Of a stretch of 64,000 nucleotides of DNA, positions 9,270-18,830 are shown in pieces. The DNA comes from Elusimicrobiota bacterium (GTDB taxonomy: Bacteria > Elusimicrobiota > Elusimicrobia > UBA1565): the NCBI GenBank assembly GCA_043819795.1, contig JBDREN010000049.1:2379-66378 (forward strand), in the 5' to 3' direction. Every line of letters begins with the position of its first letter. Position 1 is the first letter of the stretch. Both the position numbers and the translations under genes were made by a program. Below the pieces are notes generated by a model. That model was not told the DNA's origin, did not search any database, and worked only from the letters and a program-made list of their open reading frames with translations.

Positions 9270-10267
9270 CCAAAAATGGCGCCGTGCTCGCCGTGTCCGC
9301 CTTTCTGCTGAGCGTCTTCCCGCATGCCTCGCCGGCGGGAGAGGAAGCCCCGCCGCCCGTCGAGCTGGACTCCAACGGCAATCCCATCGGAGAGGCGGCC
9401 CTCAACTGCAGGGCGAACTATCCTCTTTTGCGCAAGAACGCGGACCTCATGGCCGCGCTCGCGGCGGCGCTGGAGAAGGCCGGATACAGCGAGGCGATAC
9501 GGAAAAGGAAGATGGCGGTTTCCATCGTCGATCTGACGGCCAAGAACCGCGTCTATTACGCGGGCATCAACGGCAACCACATGATGTACGCCGCCAGCCT
9601 CCCGAAGATAGCCGCGCTTCTGGCGTACGTCGAGGCGGTCAAGGACGGCCGGCTGCCCTGGAATGACGATGTCCGGAGGCGGCTCTCGCGCATGATCAAC
9701 GCATCGAGCAACAAGGACGCCACGTGGGCCATCGAGCAGGTGGGCCTCGATTACATCGAAAAGGTCCTGCGCAAGCAGGGCCGGTGTTTCTACGGCGACC
9801 GGTATGGAGGGCAATGGCTGGGCAAGCCGTACCGGAAGGAAAGCAAGGCGAAGAGGGACCCTTTGCGGGGATTGTCTCACGGCGCCACGACCCGCCAGAC
9901 CGCGAGATGGTTCGTTCTGCTGGACAAGGGTTTGCTCGCGGATCCGGTGGGGAGCAGGCGGATGATGGGGGTGATGAGTCCCCCGCAAAAGCGCCACAAA
10001 TTCGTCAAAGGGCTGAAGCCTCTCGGGGACGTCCGTATTCTGGCCAGAAAAAGCGGGACTTGGCGGACCTACCACTCCGACAGCATCCTGGTGGAGCATG
10101 AGAGCGGCGTCCGCTATGTGGCCGTCGGGATGCTGGACCACCCAAGGGGCGGGAGAATCCTCGTCGATCTGATAAGGATCGTCGACCGGCTGATGGTGGG
10201 AGGGAAACACCGCGTTCCTCGGGCGGAGCCCGGCGGGGGCGCCGGATCGCCCGAGATCCCGCGGTGA
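9266..10267 (+). CDS. Exported class-A beta-lactamase-like serine hydrolase (paralogue of preceding gene)
   Basis: ATGA overlap with the upstream gene (9266-9269). Signal peptide AVLAVSAFLLSVFPHASPA. SxxK (AASLPKIAALL), SxN (NASSNKDAT), KxG (ARKSGTW). Confidence 0.75.
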   Translation: MTKNGAVLAVSAFLLSVFPHASPAGEEAPPPVELDSNGNPIGEAALNCRANYPLLRKNADLMAALAAALEKAGYSEAIRKRKMAVSIVDLTAKNRVYYAGINGNHMMYAASLPKIAALLAYVEAVKDGRLPWNDDVRRRLSRMINASSNKDATWAIEQVGLDYIEKVLRKQGRCFYGDRYGGQWLGKPYRKESKAKRDPLRGLSHGATTRQTARWFVLLDKGLLADPVGSRRMMGVMSPPQKRHKFVKGLKPLGDVRILARKSGTWRTYHSDSILVEHESGVRYVAVGMLDHPRGGRILVDLIRIVDRLMVGGKHRVPRAEPGGGAGSPEIPR

Positions 10268-10334
10268 GGGTCCGTCCCCGTCCGGACCGGTAGCTTTTCA
10301 GCTCGACCGGCGACGATCCTTCATCGGAGCTCGG

Positions 10335-10622
10335 TCAGTCGGTCCATTCCCGCGACCGAAGGGCCCGGACCTCGTCCTCGAGCTCGGACACCCGGTCTCT
10401 GAGGGTCAGCATCAAGTGGGCTATCCCGACGTCGACGCCGAGGGCGCGGCAGACGCGCTCTATGCGCCGCAGGCGCGGGAGGGCCCGCCGGTCCAGCTCG
10501 ACCCCCTCATCGGTCTCGCGGACCTCGATGACGGACTCTTCGATGGACCGCTGCAGGAAATCCGGCTCGATGAGCAGCGTCTCCGAAAGTCTGAGGATCT
10601 GCGACCGCCTAACCCGCCGCAT
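10335..10622 (-). CDS. cbpM: Chaperone-modulator CbpM-like (MerR-type HTH-like small protein)
   Basis: 95 aa, directly downstream of and overlapping (14 nt) the CbpA-like J-protein gene. C-terminal pattern LPRLRRIERVCRALGVDVGIAHLMLTLRDRVSELEDEV is typical of CbpM. Confidence 0.65.
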   Translation of the reverse strand: MRRVRRSQILRLSETLLIEPDFLQRSIEESVIEVRETDEGVELDRRALPRLRRIERVCRALGVDVGIAHLMLTLRDRVSELEDEVRALRSREWTD

Positions 10623-11595
10623 TCTGGTGCTCCTTCTTCAGCTCCCCCATCAGAGCCTCCGCCTTGTGCGACAGCTCGGACGGGATGTCGACCTCGATGC
10701 GGGCGTAGAGGTCACCGCGGCCCCGCCGCCCGCCGCCGAGTCCCTTGCCCGGGATGCGAAGCCGCGTACCGGCTCTGGTCCCTTTGGGAACGCGGATGCG
10801 CACCCGGCCGAGAGGAGTGGGGACCAGGACCTCCGCTCCGAGCGCGGCGTCCCACGGCATCACCCGGACGGCGGTCTCGATGTCGGAGCCGCTCACCTTG
10901 AACCTCGGATCGGGCTTGAGCCGGACGGTCAAATAAAGATCGCCCGGAGGCTGGCCGTCCCCCGACTTGTTGCCCTGGCCTTTGAGCCTGATCCTGCTGC
11001 CGTCGCGCAGGTCGGAAGGAAGGCGCGAGCGTATCTCCCGAGCGCTTCGCGTCTCTCCCGCGCCCCCGCAGGCCGGGCAGAACGCCTTCCCGGCGTGCCC
11101 CGCGCCCAGGCATTTCGGGCACACTCCCGTGACGGACATTGAAAAAGAGCGCTCTCCTCCCCGGACAGCCTCTTCCAGGGAAAGCTCGATGACCGCCTCG
11201 ATGTCCAGCGAGGCGGGCGGCGCGCTCCATCGCCCCCCAGCGTGGCCGCCGCCGAAGAAGCTTCGGAAGAAGTCGCTGAATATCTCGTCTCCCGAAGCGC
11301 CCGTCTCGAACCTGAAGGAGTCCCGGGCTCTCTCCTGGGCCGGCGGCGGGCGGAAGGCCTGCCCGTCCTTCCAGTGCTCGCCGAGCTGATCGTACTTCGC
11401 CCGGTTCTCGGCGCTGCCCAGGACCTCGTACGCCTCGTTGATCACCTGGAACGCCTTGGTGTGCTCGGCCTTGTCCTTGTCGGGATGAAGGTCGGGATGA
11501 TGCTCCCGGGCAAGACGCCGGTAAGCCTGCTTGATCTCGTCGGAGCTCGCGCCGCGCGGCACGCCCAGGATCTTGTAGTAGTCCTTGTATTTCAC
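10609..11595 (-). CDS. cbpA: DnaJ-class co-chaperone (CbpA-like J-domain protein with a half zinc-finger)
   Basis: J-domain KDYYKILGVPRGASSDEIKQAYRRLAREHHPDLHPD. Two CxxCxGxG repeats (CPKCLGAG, CPACGGAG) and C-terminal DnaJ_C-like beta domains. Start is uncertain: GTG 11595 gives M-KYKDYY, with alternatives TTG 11616 and GTG 11625. Confidence 0.8.
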   Translation of the reverse strand: MKYKDYYKILGVPRGASSDEIKQAYRRLAREHHPDLHPDKDKAEHTKAFQVINEAYEVLGSAENRAKYDQLGEHWKDGQAFRPPPAQERARDSFRFETGASGDEIFSDFFRSFFGGGHAGGRWSAPPASLDIEAVIELSLEEAVRGGERSFSMSVTGVCPKCLGAGHAGKAFCPACGGAGETRSAREIRSRLPSDLRDGSRIRLKGQGNKSGDGQPPGDLYLTVRLKPDPRFKVSGSDIETAVRVMPWDAALGAEVLVPTPLGRVRIRVPKGTRAGTRLRIPGKGLGGGRRGRGDLYARIEVDIPSELSHKAEALMGELKKEHQNAAG

Positions 11596-11743
11596 CAGTA
11601 CCTGCGATGGTATCAAAACCTGCACGACTCCGCCACCAGAAGGACATGCTCCTGGGCGCGGCTCTCCAAGCGAAATGCTAGAGTATCCGCGTCCCCGCGG
11701 ATACCCGCGTCGGATCGGATCGAAAAGTCTTAAGGAGGCGGCG

Positions 11744-12586
11744 ATGGAAATAACCTTCTGGGGATGTCGCGGATCGATCGCGTCTCCGGGGCAGGACACT
11801 CTTCGCTATGGGGGCAACAGCACCTGCCTGGAGATCCGTCCCCGCGAGGGCGGGGTCATCATCCTGGATGCGGGTTCCGGGATGCGTCATCTCGGCAAGA
11901 AGTTGGCGAAGGACGCGGGGATCAACGAGCTCTATCTGTTGCTGACGCACTCGCATTGGGACCATCTGTCGGGCTTCCCGTTCTTCGCGCCCGCCTACAT
12001 GGAGCGGTTCAAGATCAACGTCTATGGGGGGCCCAAGGCTCGGGAATCCCTTAAGCGCTATCTATCGCACCAGATGAGCGCGCCGTACTTCCCCATCGAA
12101 TTCCGCCACTTGAAGGCGACGTTCAACTTCGGCGACGAGTGCCCCCGCATGGAGGAAATAGGCCTCGTGGAGTTCAGCGCGATCCCTCTCAACCATCCCA
12201 ACGGCGGTTATGGATTCAAGCTTTCGAAGCTCGGCAAGAGCCTCGTCTTTCTCACGGACAACGAGCTCGATGGCCGGCATCCCGGCGGGCTCGGATGGAA
12301 GGACTACCTGGACTTCTGCCGCGGGACCGATTTGCTGATCCACGACGCCCAATACACGGACCAGGAGTACGAGAAGACCAGGGGGTGGGGCCACTCCTCA
12401 TATTCCAGCGCCACGCGCTTCGCCATCGAGTCCGGGGCGAGGAGATTCTGCATTTTCCATCACGATCCCGACAGGACCGACGACGACCTTGACCGCCAGG
12501 TGGAATACTGCGCTCGCCTAATACGGGAGGCAGGCGCATCCGTAGAGTGTTTCGCCGCCAGGGAGGGGATGTCGATCCGTCTCTAG
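11744..12586 (+). CDS. MBL-fold metallo-hydrolase
   Basis: ATG 11744 preceded by AAGGAGG (11732-11738). THSHWDHLSGFPFF (HxHxDH) motif with upstream ILDAGSG. Confidence 0.8.
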   Translation: MEITFWGCRGSIASPGQDTLRYGGNSTCLEIRPREGGVIILDAGSGMRHLGKKLAKDAGINELYLLLTHSHWDHLSGFPFFAPAYMERFKINVYGGPKARESLKRYLSHQMSAPYFPIEFRHLKATFNFGDECPRMEEIGLVEFSAIPLNHPNGGYGFKLSKLGKSLVFLTDNELDGRHPGGLGWKDYLDFCRGTDLLIHDAQYTDQEYEKTRGWGHSSYSSATRFAIESGARRFCIFHHDPDRTDDDLDRQVEYCARLIREAGASVECFAAREGMSIRL

Positions 12587-12709
12587 GACGGATCTTCCGC
12601 CTCGGCGTCGCCGCGCTCGGGCTCCGCCCGGCGGTCGGCTCGCGCCCTTCGTGGCCGAGAGCGGGCGGAAAGGCTTCCCATGCGGCGACGGCCCGGCCAG
12701 GAAGCCCGC

Positions 12710-13045
12710 CTACCTGGACCCGGGCCTCTCCGTCACTTCCCGGTCTTCGGGAAAATTCGAGTTGAAGGAATACGACTTGACCGTCCCATCCGCGCTGAAT
12801 CGGACGTAGAGATCCCGGGTGTCGCGGGCTCCGAGCAGCCGCAGTCTATAGTGGACCCAAGTCGCCGTGGCGTCCCCGTCATCGAGGCCTCTGCGGTATG
12901 GTCCGCCGAGCTCGCGCAGGAGATCCTGCTCCGTGGTCTTCCCCGTCCGGATCTCCGGGACGCGGGAAACATCGAAGGGCCGCCCGATGGTCACGCATCC
13001 GACGGACATGAATGGAATCGCCAGCAATATCAAGAGCGCGCGCAT
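12710..13045 (-). CDS. Lipoprotein with SmpA/OmlA (BamE-like) domain
   Basis: Internal ATG 13045 with GGGAGG 4 nt upstream. Lipobox MRALLILLAIPFMSVGC, then RTGKTTEQDLLRELGGP..VRFSADGTVKSYSF typical of BamE-like proteins. Confidence 0.6.
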   Translation of the reverse strand: MRALLILLAIPFMSVGCVTIGRPFDVSRVPEIRTGKTTEQDLLRELGGPYRRGLDDGDATATWVHYRLRLLGARDTRDLYVRFSADGTVKSYSFNSNFPEDREVTERPGSR

Positions 13046-13441
13046 ACCGCCTCCCGGTCGGCTTCCCGCCGTTGTGCAGAGCCTCCCGCAGCTATCCCCG
13101 TCTGCGCCAAGATGGTACACTTTTGCGCAAGGCTCTTCCAGCTCACCGACGACGGCGCCATCGACGGCGGGAAGAGCGACGGCGTTCTCGCGGCGGAGAT
13201 CCCGATAGCGCCGGGGAGCCGGCGACGCGGGGCAAGCCTTGCGGCGCCGGGTTGACCCGCCGCAGGGGCGCGCGGCCGGCCGGAGAGACTCCATTAAAAG
13301 AAGCGGCCGGAACCGGCGGATTGTGCGCTATGCTGCGGCCCGCGGCGCCCCCCGGCCTATCGACGCGCGGGAGCGGCGCGGGCTAATAGGAGACGTGACT
13401 CCCGTGGATAGGCGACGCGGCGCCCTTCCGCCCAAAGGCGA

Positions 13442-15985
13442 ATGACTTTCCGGCGCGTCGGGCGATTGCTTCTCGTCGCTCTCGGCCTTGCCATGCTCTT
13501 GACCGCGGGAGGCATCGCCCTCCGCCTTCGCGATATGGCCGCCGAGCTCCGCCCCCGGCTGGAGAAAGCCGCATCCAAGCATCTGCGCAGGGAATTGACC
13601 ATCGGGGCCCTGGAGTGGCGCGCGTTTCCAGGGCCCGCCTTGATCGGCAGGAACGTCCTGCTGTTCGAGAAGGACGGCTCCCTTCTGGCGTCGAGCCCCG
13701 AGGTCGTCCTGGAGGCGGCCGTTGGGGAACTGTTGGGCGGGATGGTCGAGATCGAACAGATGACGATCTCTCGGCTGCAGACGCATCTGCTCCGCCGTTC
13801 GGACGGTCTCTGTCCGGTGGCCGAGATGGTGGGGGAGATCGCGCAGGGAGATGCGCCTTCCGGGGCCGACTCCGCGCTCTTCGGGGTCGGGTTCGGGATC
13901 CGCCGGATCGAGCTCACAACGGCGGACATACGCGCTTGGAAGGAAGACGCGCCGCTCGCGCGCACCAGGCTTCTGGCCGACGGCTTCGTCGTGCTCGGCG
14001 GATCGATGCCGTTCCGGCTGGCCGGTCGTTTGGAGCGGGCCGAATCGGGCGGCGACTTGGAGCTGGCGGGGACGTTCGTCCCCGGCCTGGCCGTCCACGC
14101 GAGATCGGAGGGGATGCCGCTGGACGCGCTCCGTGAGATCGCTCCCTCCATCGAGGGATGGACGGGAATGGCCGCGGGCGAGGCCGGCTTGCGGGACGAC
14201 GGCGCGGGGCTTCGCTGGGATGCGGCCGGCACCGTCAAGGGCCTTCGTCCGCCGGGGGAGGCCTCCCTCCCGGAGCTGACCGGCTCCTACGCGCTGTCGT
14301 CCCGTTCGACGTCCACGCTCGTGCTGGCCGCTTCGCATCCTGCGATCCGCGGATCGGCGCGGATGACGTGGGGGGACCCGGCTCGTCCGGGAGTGCGTGT
14401 GGATGTCGACGCGGACCACGTCGACGTCGGGGCGATCCGGGAGATGCTGCTTCGGCCGGCGGGCGAGGCCGGCGTCCCGAGCGACGCGTCGTTCAGGCCC
14501 CCTCCATGGAGACTGTCCGCGCGGATCGGCGGTCTCAGATGGGGCGAGGAGGTCTTGAGACATGCCGTCTTCGAGGGGGCGGGCGCTTCCGACGGCTCGC
14601 TGAAGGCGGGGCCGATCAGCGCCGAGGGATTCGGAGGGCGGTTGCGGGCGGAGATATCGGTCCAGCCGTCCTCCGGACCGGCCGCGGGCTGGAGCGCGCG
14701 CCATGCGCGGCTGGAATGGAGAGCGCGGGACATGCGGCTCGAGCGGGTCCTCCGCGCGCGCGGGTGGCCGCTGAGGGCTTCAGGCACGGTCTCCGGAAGG
14801 GGACGATGGGAGGGGCCGCTGGGGGGACTGCCCGATCTCCATGGCTCGGGACGGGCCGAGCTGATTCTGCGAGAGATCTTTTCCGCGGATATAAGCAGCA
14901 CCACCCCCTTGCTGCCTGAGGTGCGGGGCAAGATCGCGTGGGAGCCGCGGGAGCCCTGGAGCATCGAGCTGAATGCGGGCGACGACTGGTCGGTCCGGGC
15001 CCATGCGCACCCGCCCCCCCTGCGTCGTCTCTCGGCCGAGATCGAGGGGAAGACGCTGGACTTCGAACGCCTCTCCGGATGGACCGCGCTTGTGCGCGAG
15101 GCCGAGGCGCCGGACCCCGGCCGCCCCGCCGATGACGGGTGGGCCATAGACGCTCAGGTGAAGTTCCAGCAGGCCCGATTTCGCGAGGTCCAGCTCGAGG
15201 AGCTGGCCTTGGTGCTGGAGAAGAGGCCGGAGGGACCTGTCCGCATCTCGGGCTTGCGCGCCCGGGGTATGGGAGGCGTTCTGGAGGCCGATCTGGAGCT
15301 ATCCCTCCCCGCGCGGGGAGACCCGCCTGGGCCCGCGTTCTACGGCATCCGATGGAGCACCGATGGAATGGACGTGGAGAGACTCCTGCGCTCTTTCGGC
15401 GCGAAATACATGATATCGGGCGTCGGACGGACCAGCGGCCGCCTGAGAGGGCCCTTGGATCGGCTGAAATGGGGGCATGCAACGGGGACTATCGACATCG
15501 AGGTCGGGGATGGGAACGTCTGGCAGGCTCCCGCCCTCGTCAAAGCCCTATCGACGCTGAGCGTCACATCGGCCTTGCGCAGAATAGGACGAAAGGCCGA
15601 TGTCGGCTTCCCTTTCCGCACTGGGCGGGCTCAGATCGAGCTGGGCGGCGGCAAAGCGGTCATCCGCGCTCCTGCGCACCTTGAGAACCCCAGCCTCAAG
15701 ATCGCCTTCATCGGAACCTACGACCTGGCTGAAGAGACGATAGACGGACGCTTTGTGATCTATTTCCTCACGGTCGTGGACGAGGTCCTGCGCGTAGTCC
15801 CCGGCGTACGCAGACTGCTGTTCAACAAGCGCATGGGGCTGGTGCCCATCTGGGTCGAGGTGAAGGGTCCCCGCCAGGACCCGAAAGTCACGATCCTCCC
15901 GGCAAGGTCGATCTCCGATGCTCTCTGGCAGCCGGTGAGCAGCGTCTTCCACCTCCCGCTGGACCTCATCAAGAAAGCCGAATAG
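13442..15985 (+). CDS. AsmA family protein (outer-membrane/lipid-transport associated)
   Basis: 847 aa with an N-terminal signal-anchor RLLLVALGLAMLLTAGGIAL, a long repetitive beta-rich body, and a C-terminal AsmA-type block (IDGRFVIYFLTVVDEVL..VKGPRQDPKVTILP). Confidence 0.7.
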   Translation: MTFRRVGRLLLVALGLAMLLTAGGIALRLRDMAAELRPRLEKAASKHLRRELTIGALEWRAFPGPALIGRNVLLFEKDGSLLASSPEVVLEAAVGELLGGMVEIEQMTISRLQTHLLRRSDGLCPVAEMVGEIAQGDAPSGADSALFGVGFGIRRIELTTADIRAWKEDAPLARTRLLADGFVVLGGSMPFRLAGRLERAESGGDLELAGTFVPGLAVHARSEGMPLDALREIAPSIEGWTGMAAGEAGLRDDGAGLRWDAAGTVKGLRPPGEASLPELTGSYALSSRSTSTLVLAASHPAIRGSARMTWGDPARPGVRVDVDADHVDVGAIREMLLRPAGEAGVPSDASFRPPPWRLSARIGGLRWGEEVLRHAVFEGAGASDGSLKAGPISAEGFGGRLRAEISVQPSSGPAAGWSARHARLEWRARDMRLERVLRARGWPLRASGTVSGRGRWEGPLGGLPDLHGSGRAELILREIFSADISSTTPLLPEVRGKIAWEPREPWSIELNAGDDWSVRAHAHPPPLRRLSAEIEGKTLDFERLSGWTALVREAEAPDPGRPADDGWAIDAQVKFQQARFREVQLEELALVLEKRPEGPVRISGLRARGMGGVLEADLELSLPARGDPPGPAFYGIRWSTDGMDVERLLRSFGAKYMISGVGRTSGRLRGPLDRLKWGHATGTIDIEVGDGNVWQAPALVKALSTLSVTSALRRIGRKADVGFPFRTGRAQIELGGGKAVIRAPAHLENPSLKIAFIGTYDLAEETIDGRFVIYFLTVVDEVLRVVPGVRRLLFNKRMGLVPIWVEVKGPRQDPKVTILPARSISDALWQPVSSVFHLPLDLIKKAE

Positions 15986-16280
15986 AATCGGATCGCCGGG
16001 GATCGTGTCGCCTGCGCGCTCCCCGCGGTCCGCGCCGCCGCGCAGTGGTCAAGACAGGACCCGTTCCCGGCTCGTTGGAATTCCCGCTGCGCGGCAGACC
16101 CATGGGATTTCCGGGCGCGTCAATCGCCCCGGAACCGCCAATGGAAAGCGCGGCACCGCGGGACGATGAGACAGGTGCGGCTTGATACGATGACGCAGGA
16201 GATGCCGGCTCCCGCGCTTCGCAAGGGGTTTTTCAGCACCCTGCTGGCGGGCCGGAGAATTCGGGCGCCGGCCGTGCGGC

Positions 16281-17759
16281 TCAGAGATAGGGGGAGAGCA
16301 GCCGGACGGCGGCGTCCCTGAGCCTCGCGGCGCGATTGCGCAGCATAAGATCCGCGAGTTTGAGCTCCCTCGCGGAGCGGCGTTTGCGGGCCGCGATCCG
16401 CTCCAGCGCGGCGGCCAGGCCCGGGCTGTAGCATTCCAGGTTGAATTCGAAGTTCAGAGCCAGGCTCCTGGGGTCCCAGTTCCCCGATCCGAGAAGGGCC
16501 CAGGACGAATCAACGAGCATCAGCTTGCTGTGGTCGAACGGAGGCGGCGAAAGCCATATCCTGCACCCGCGGGCGAGCAGCTCCGGCAGCAGGGGGTAGG
16601 AGGCCCACTGGACCAGCCGCAGGTTGGAGCGCTCCGGCAGGAGGATGTCCACGCGTACGCCGGCCATGGCCGCCACGCACAGCGCCGTGACCAGCGCCTC
16701 GTCCGGGAGGAAATAGGGCGTCACGACGATCACCGAGCGCCCGGCGCACTCGATCGCGCCCAAGAGCGTCCAGCGCAGCTTGTCGAAATCCTCGTCGGGG
16801 CCGTCGGCGATGCCGCGGGCGAGGACTCCCCCGGCCTCGGCGAGCGGCGGGAACCAGGCCTCTTCCGAAAGACGCTCGCCCGTGCAGAAGAACCAGTCCT
16901 CCGCGAAGACCTCCTGCAGGTCGGCCACCACCGGCCCCTCGACCCGGAAGTGCAGGTCTCGGATCCGCGGGGGCTCCGCGTCCCGCCCTTGGTAGGACTG
17001 GCCGATGTTCAGGCCGCCCGTGAAGCCGGTCCGTCCGTCGGCGACCAGGATCTTCCTGTGGCTGCGCAGGTTCACGTAGGGCATGCCCCACGGGATCATC
17101 GTGGGCATGAAATGCGCGACCCGCACGCCGGCGCGGCGGAGCGAGGACGTGATGGGAGGGACCGAGTAGCGCGCGCCCACGTCGTCTATCAGGACGCGGA
17201 CCTGGACCCCGCGCCGCACGGCGCGGCCGAGGGCCTCCCGGAACGTCGCCCCGACCGCGTCGTTGGAGAAGATATAGGAAGCCAGCGATACGGACCGTTC
17301 GGCCTCGTCGACGGCGCGCAACATCGCCGGGTAGGCCTGCGAGCCGTCTTGAAGCGGGAGTATCCGGTTTCCCGCGAGCAGCGGCCTTCGCGTCACATTG
17401 TCCATCACCCTCGCCAACGGAAGAAGGTGGCGCCGATCGGGCCCCAGGACGGCTCGCAGCGCTTCCGTCCCGGCGGCCTCGCGGCGGCGCGCGAACCGGA
17501 GCTTGCTCGCCCCCTTGCGCAGGCGCACGGCCTTCCTGCGGATCCGGTTGATGCCGAGCAGCATATAGACGCCGGCTCCGATCACCGGGGCGAGCCAGAT
17601 GAGGCCGATCCATCCCGTCGCCGCCCTGGAGTCCCGTTTGTTGACGAGGACGTGGACGGACGCCGCCACGGTGATCGCGAGGGTGAGGGCCCCGGCGATG
17701 TGGGGCTGAAACTGCCGGATCGTCTCGAGAATCGTCGCCGCGATGAGACCTGAGTTCAT
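16281..17759 (-). CDS. cls: Cardiolipin synthase (PLD superfamily)
   Basis: Two N-terminal TM helices and two HKD motifs (HRKILVADGRTGFTGGLNIG and HSKLMLVDSSWALLGSGNWDPRS). Confidence 0.9.
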   Translation of the reverse strand: MNSGLIAATILETIRQFQPHIAGALTLAITVAASVHVLVNKRDSRAATGWIGLIWLAPVIGAGVYMLLGINRIRRKAVRLRKGASKLRFARRREAAGTEALRAVLGPDRRHLLPLARVMDNVTRRPLLAGNRILPLQDGSQAYPAMLRAVDEAERSVSLASYIFSNDAVGATFREALGRAVRRGVQVRVLIDDVGARYSVPPITSSLRRAGVRVAHFMPTMIPWGMPYVNLRSHRKILVADGRTGFTGGLNIGQSYQGRDAEPPRIRDLHFRVEGPVVADLQEVFAEDWFFCTGERLSEEAWFPPLAEAGGVLARGIADGPDEDFDKLRWTLLGAIECAGRSVIVVTPYFLPDEALVTALCVAAMAGVRVDILLPERSNLRLVQWASYPLLPELLARGCRIWLSPPPFDHSKLMLVDSSWALLGSGNWDPRSLALNFEFNLECYSPGLAAALERIAARKRRSARELKLADLMLRNRAARLRDAAVRLLSPYL

Positions 17760-17888
17760 CCGGATGGCGAAGGCTGCGGGCTCATGGTCTTCTCCAGGAA
17801 AAGTATATCTCTTTTCATCGAGGCGGCCGCACGCATGGCCGGGCCCGGGAACTTCCGCCCGGCGGCCGCGTAGTGAAGGACGGGGAGG

Positions 17889-18827
17889 GTGGCAGCCAGT
17901 CCATCGTCATCGATGAGCCTTTCTTTGGGCCGCATCACGGCCGGCCTTCGCGTCCGCGATCGCTCTCACGACGCGCTGCGCCGGCGCGTGCTCCGGCTTT
18001 CATCCCCGTTCAGTATCCGGCGTCAGTTGCGCCGCCTGGCCCAAGCGCGCGCGGATCCCGGCAAGACCGTCCGGTTCGCGGTCCTGGGAGACTGCGAGCC
18101 GGGGCGGTTCCGGGTCACGCGGGCCCTGTTCGGCTCGCCGGGGGCCTTTCAGCGGCTGATGGCCGCGATCGCCGAGAGGGAGCCGGAGTTCCTCCTACAG
18201 CTCGGCGACATGGTCAGCCGGGGCACCCTGCGCAACTATGAGCGCCTTTTCGAGACCCTCGCGGAGCTCGATCCGGCCTTCCCGTTCCTCCCCGTGCCCG
18301 GGAACCACGAACGGAGGTCTCCGCATCTGCGGTCGGATTCGCGGCTGTTCCGCGCCTGCTTCGGGAAGAGCAACTACGCGTTCGACCACGGTCCGGCGCG
18401 CTTCGTGGCGGTCGATACCAGCGACCGGCGGCTGACGCGATTGCAGCTGTCCTGGCTGGACCGCGTTCTGCGCACCCCCCTTCGAAAGCTCGTCTTCACC
18501 CACTTCCCGCCGCGTCCCCTGAGGGAATGGACTTCCGTGCTCCGCGTCCCGATGGCGGCCGGCTTCCGCAAGGGGGCGGAGGCGTTCGTCAGGCTCGCGT
18601 CCGCTCATCGGGTGGACCGGGTGTACGTCGGCCACATCCACGCGCTGGCCTCGACGCGCCACGGGGGCGTGGGATACGTCCTCTCCGGCGCCGGGGGTTC
18701 CCCGCTCTATCCCTGGCCGGTGGGCGAGAGAAGGCATCACTTTCTGATCGTACGAGCCGGTCCGCGCGGGATCCGGGAGGAGGTCCGCTACCTCGACGGA
18801 AGCTCGAAGCCGCTGGTCCCGTCCTGA
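17889..18827 (+). CDS. Metallophosphoesterase (calcineurin-like)
   Basis: VRFAVLGDCEPG, LQLGDMVSRG, VPGNHE and VGHIHAL motifs. Start is uncertain (GTG 17889 or ATG 17913). Confidence 0.75.
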   Translation: MAASPSSSMSLSLGRITAGLRVRDRSHDALRRRVLRLSSPFSIRRQLRRLAQARADPGKTVRFAVLGDCEPGRFRVTRALFGSPGAFQRLMAAIAEREPEFLLQLGDMVSRGTLRNYERLFETLAELDPAFPFLPVPGNHERRSPHLRSDSRLFRACFGKSNYAFDHGPARFVAVDTSDRRLTRLQLSWLDRVLRTPLRKLVFTHFPPRPLREWTSVLRVPMAAGFRKGAEAFVRLASAHRVDRVYVGHIHALASTRHGGVGYVLSGAGGSPLYPWPVGERRHHFLIVRAGPRGIREEVRYLDGSSKPLVPS

Positions 18828-18830
18828 GCG

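Noticed and set aside
10269-10297. Weak hairpin GGTCCG-N8-CGGACC followed by GCTTTT between the convergent beta-lactamase-like and cbpM genes.
   Set aside because: The stem is only 6 bp and the T-tract is short. It is plausible as a bidirectional terminator but too weak to report as a feature.
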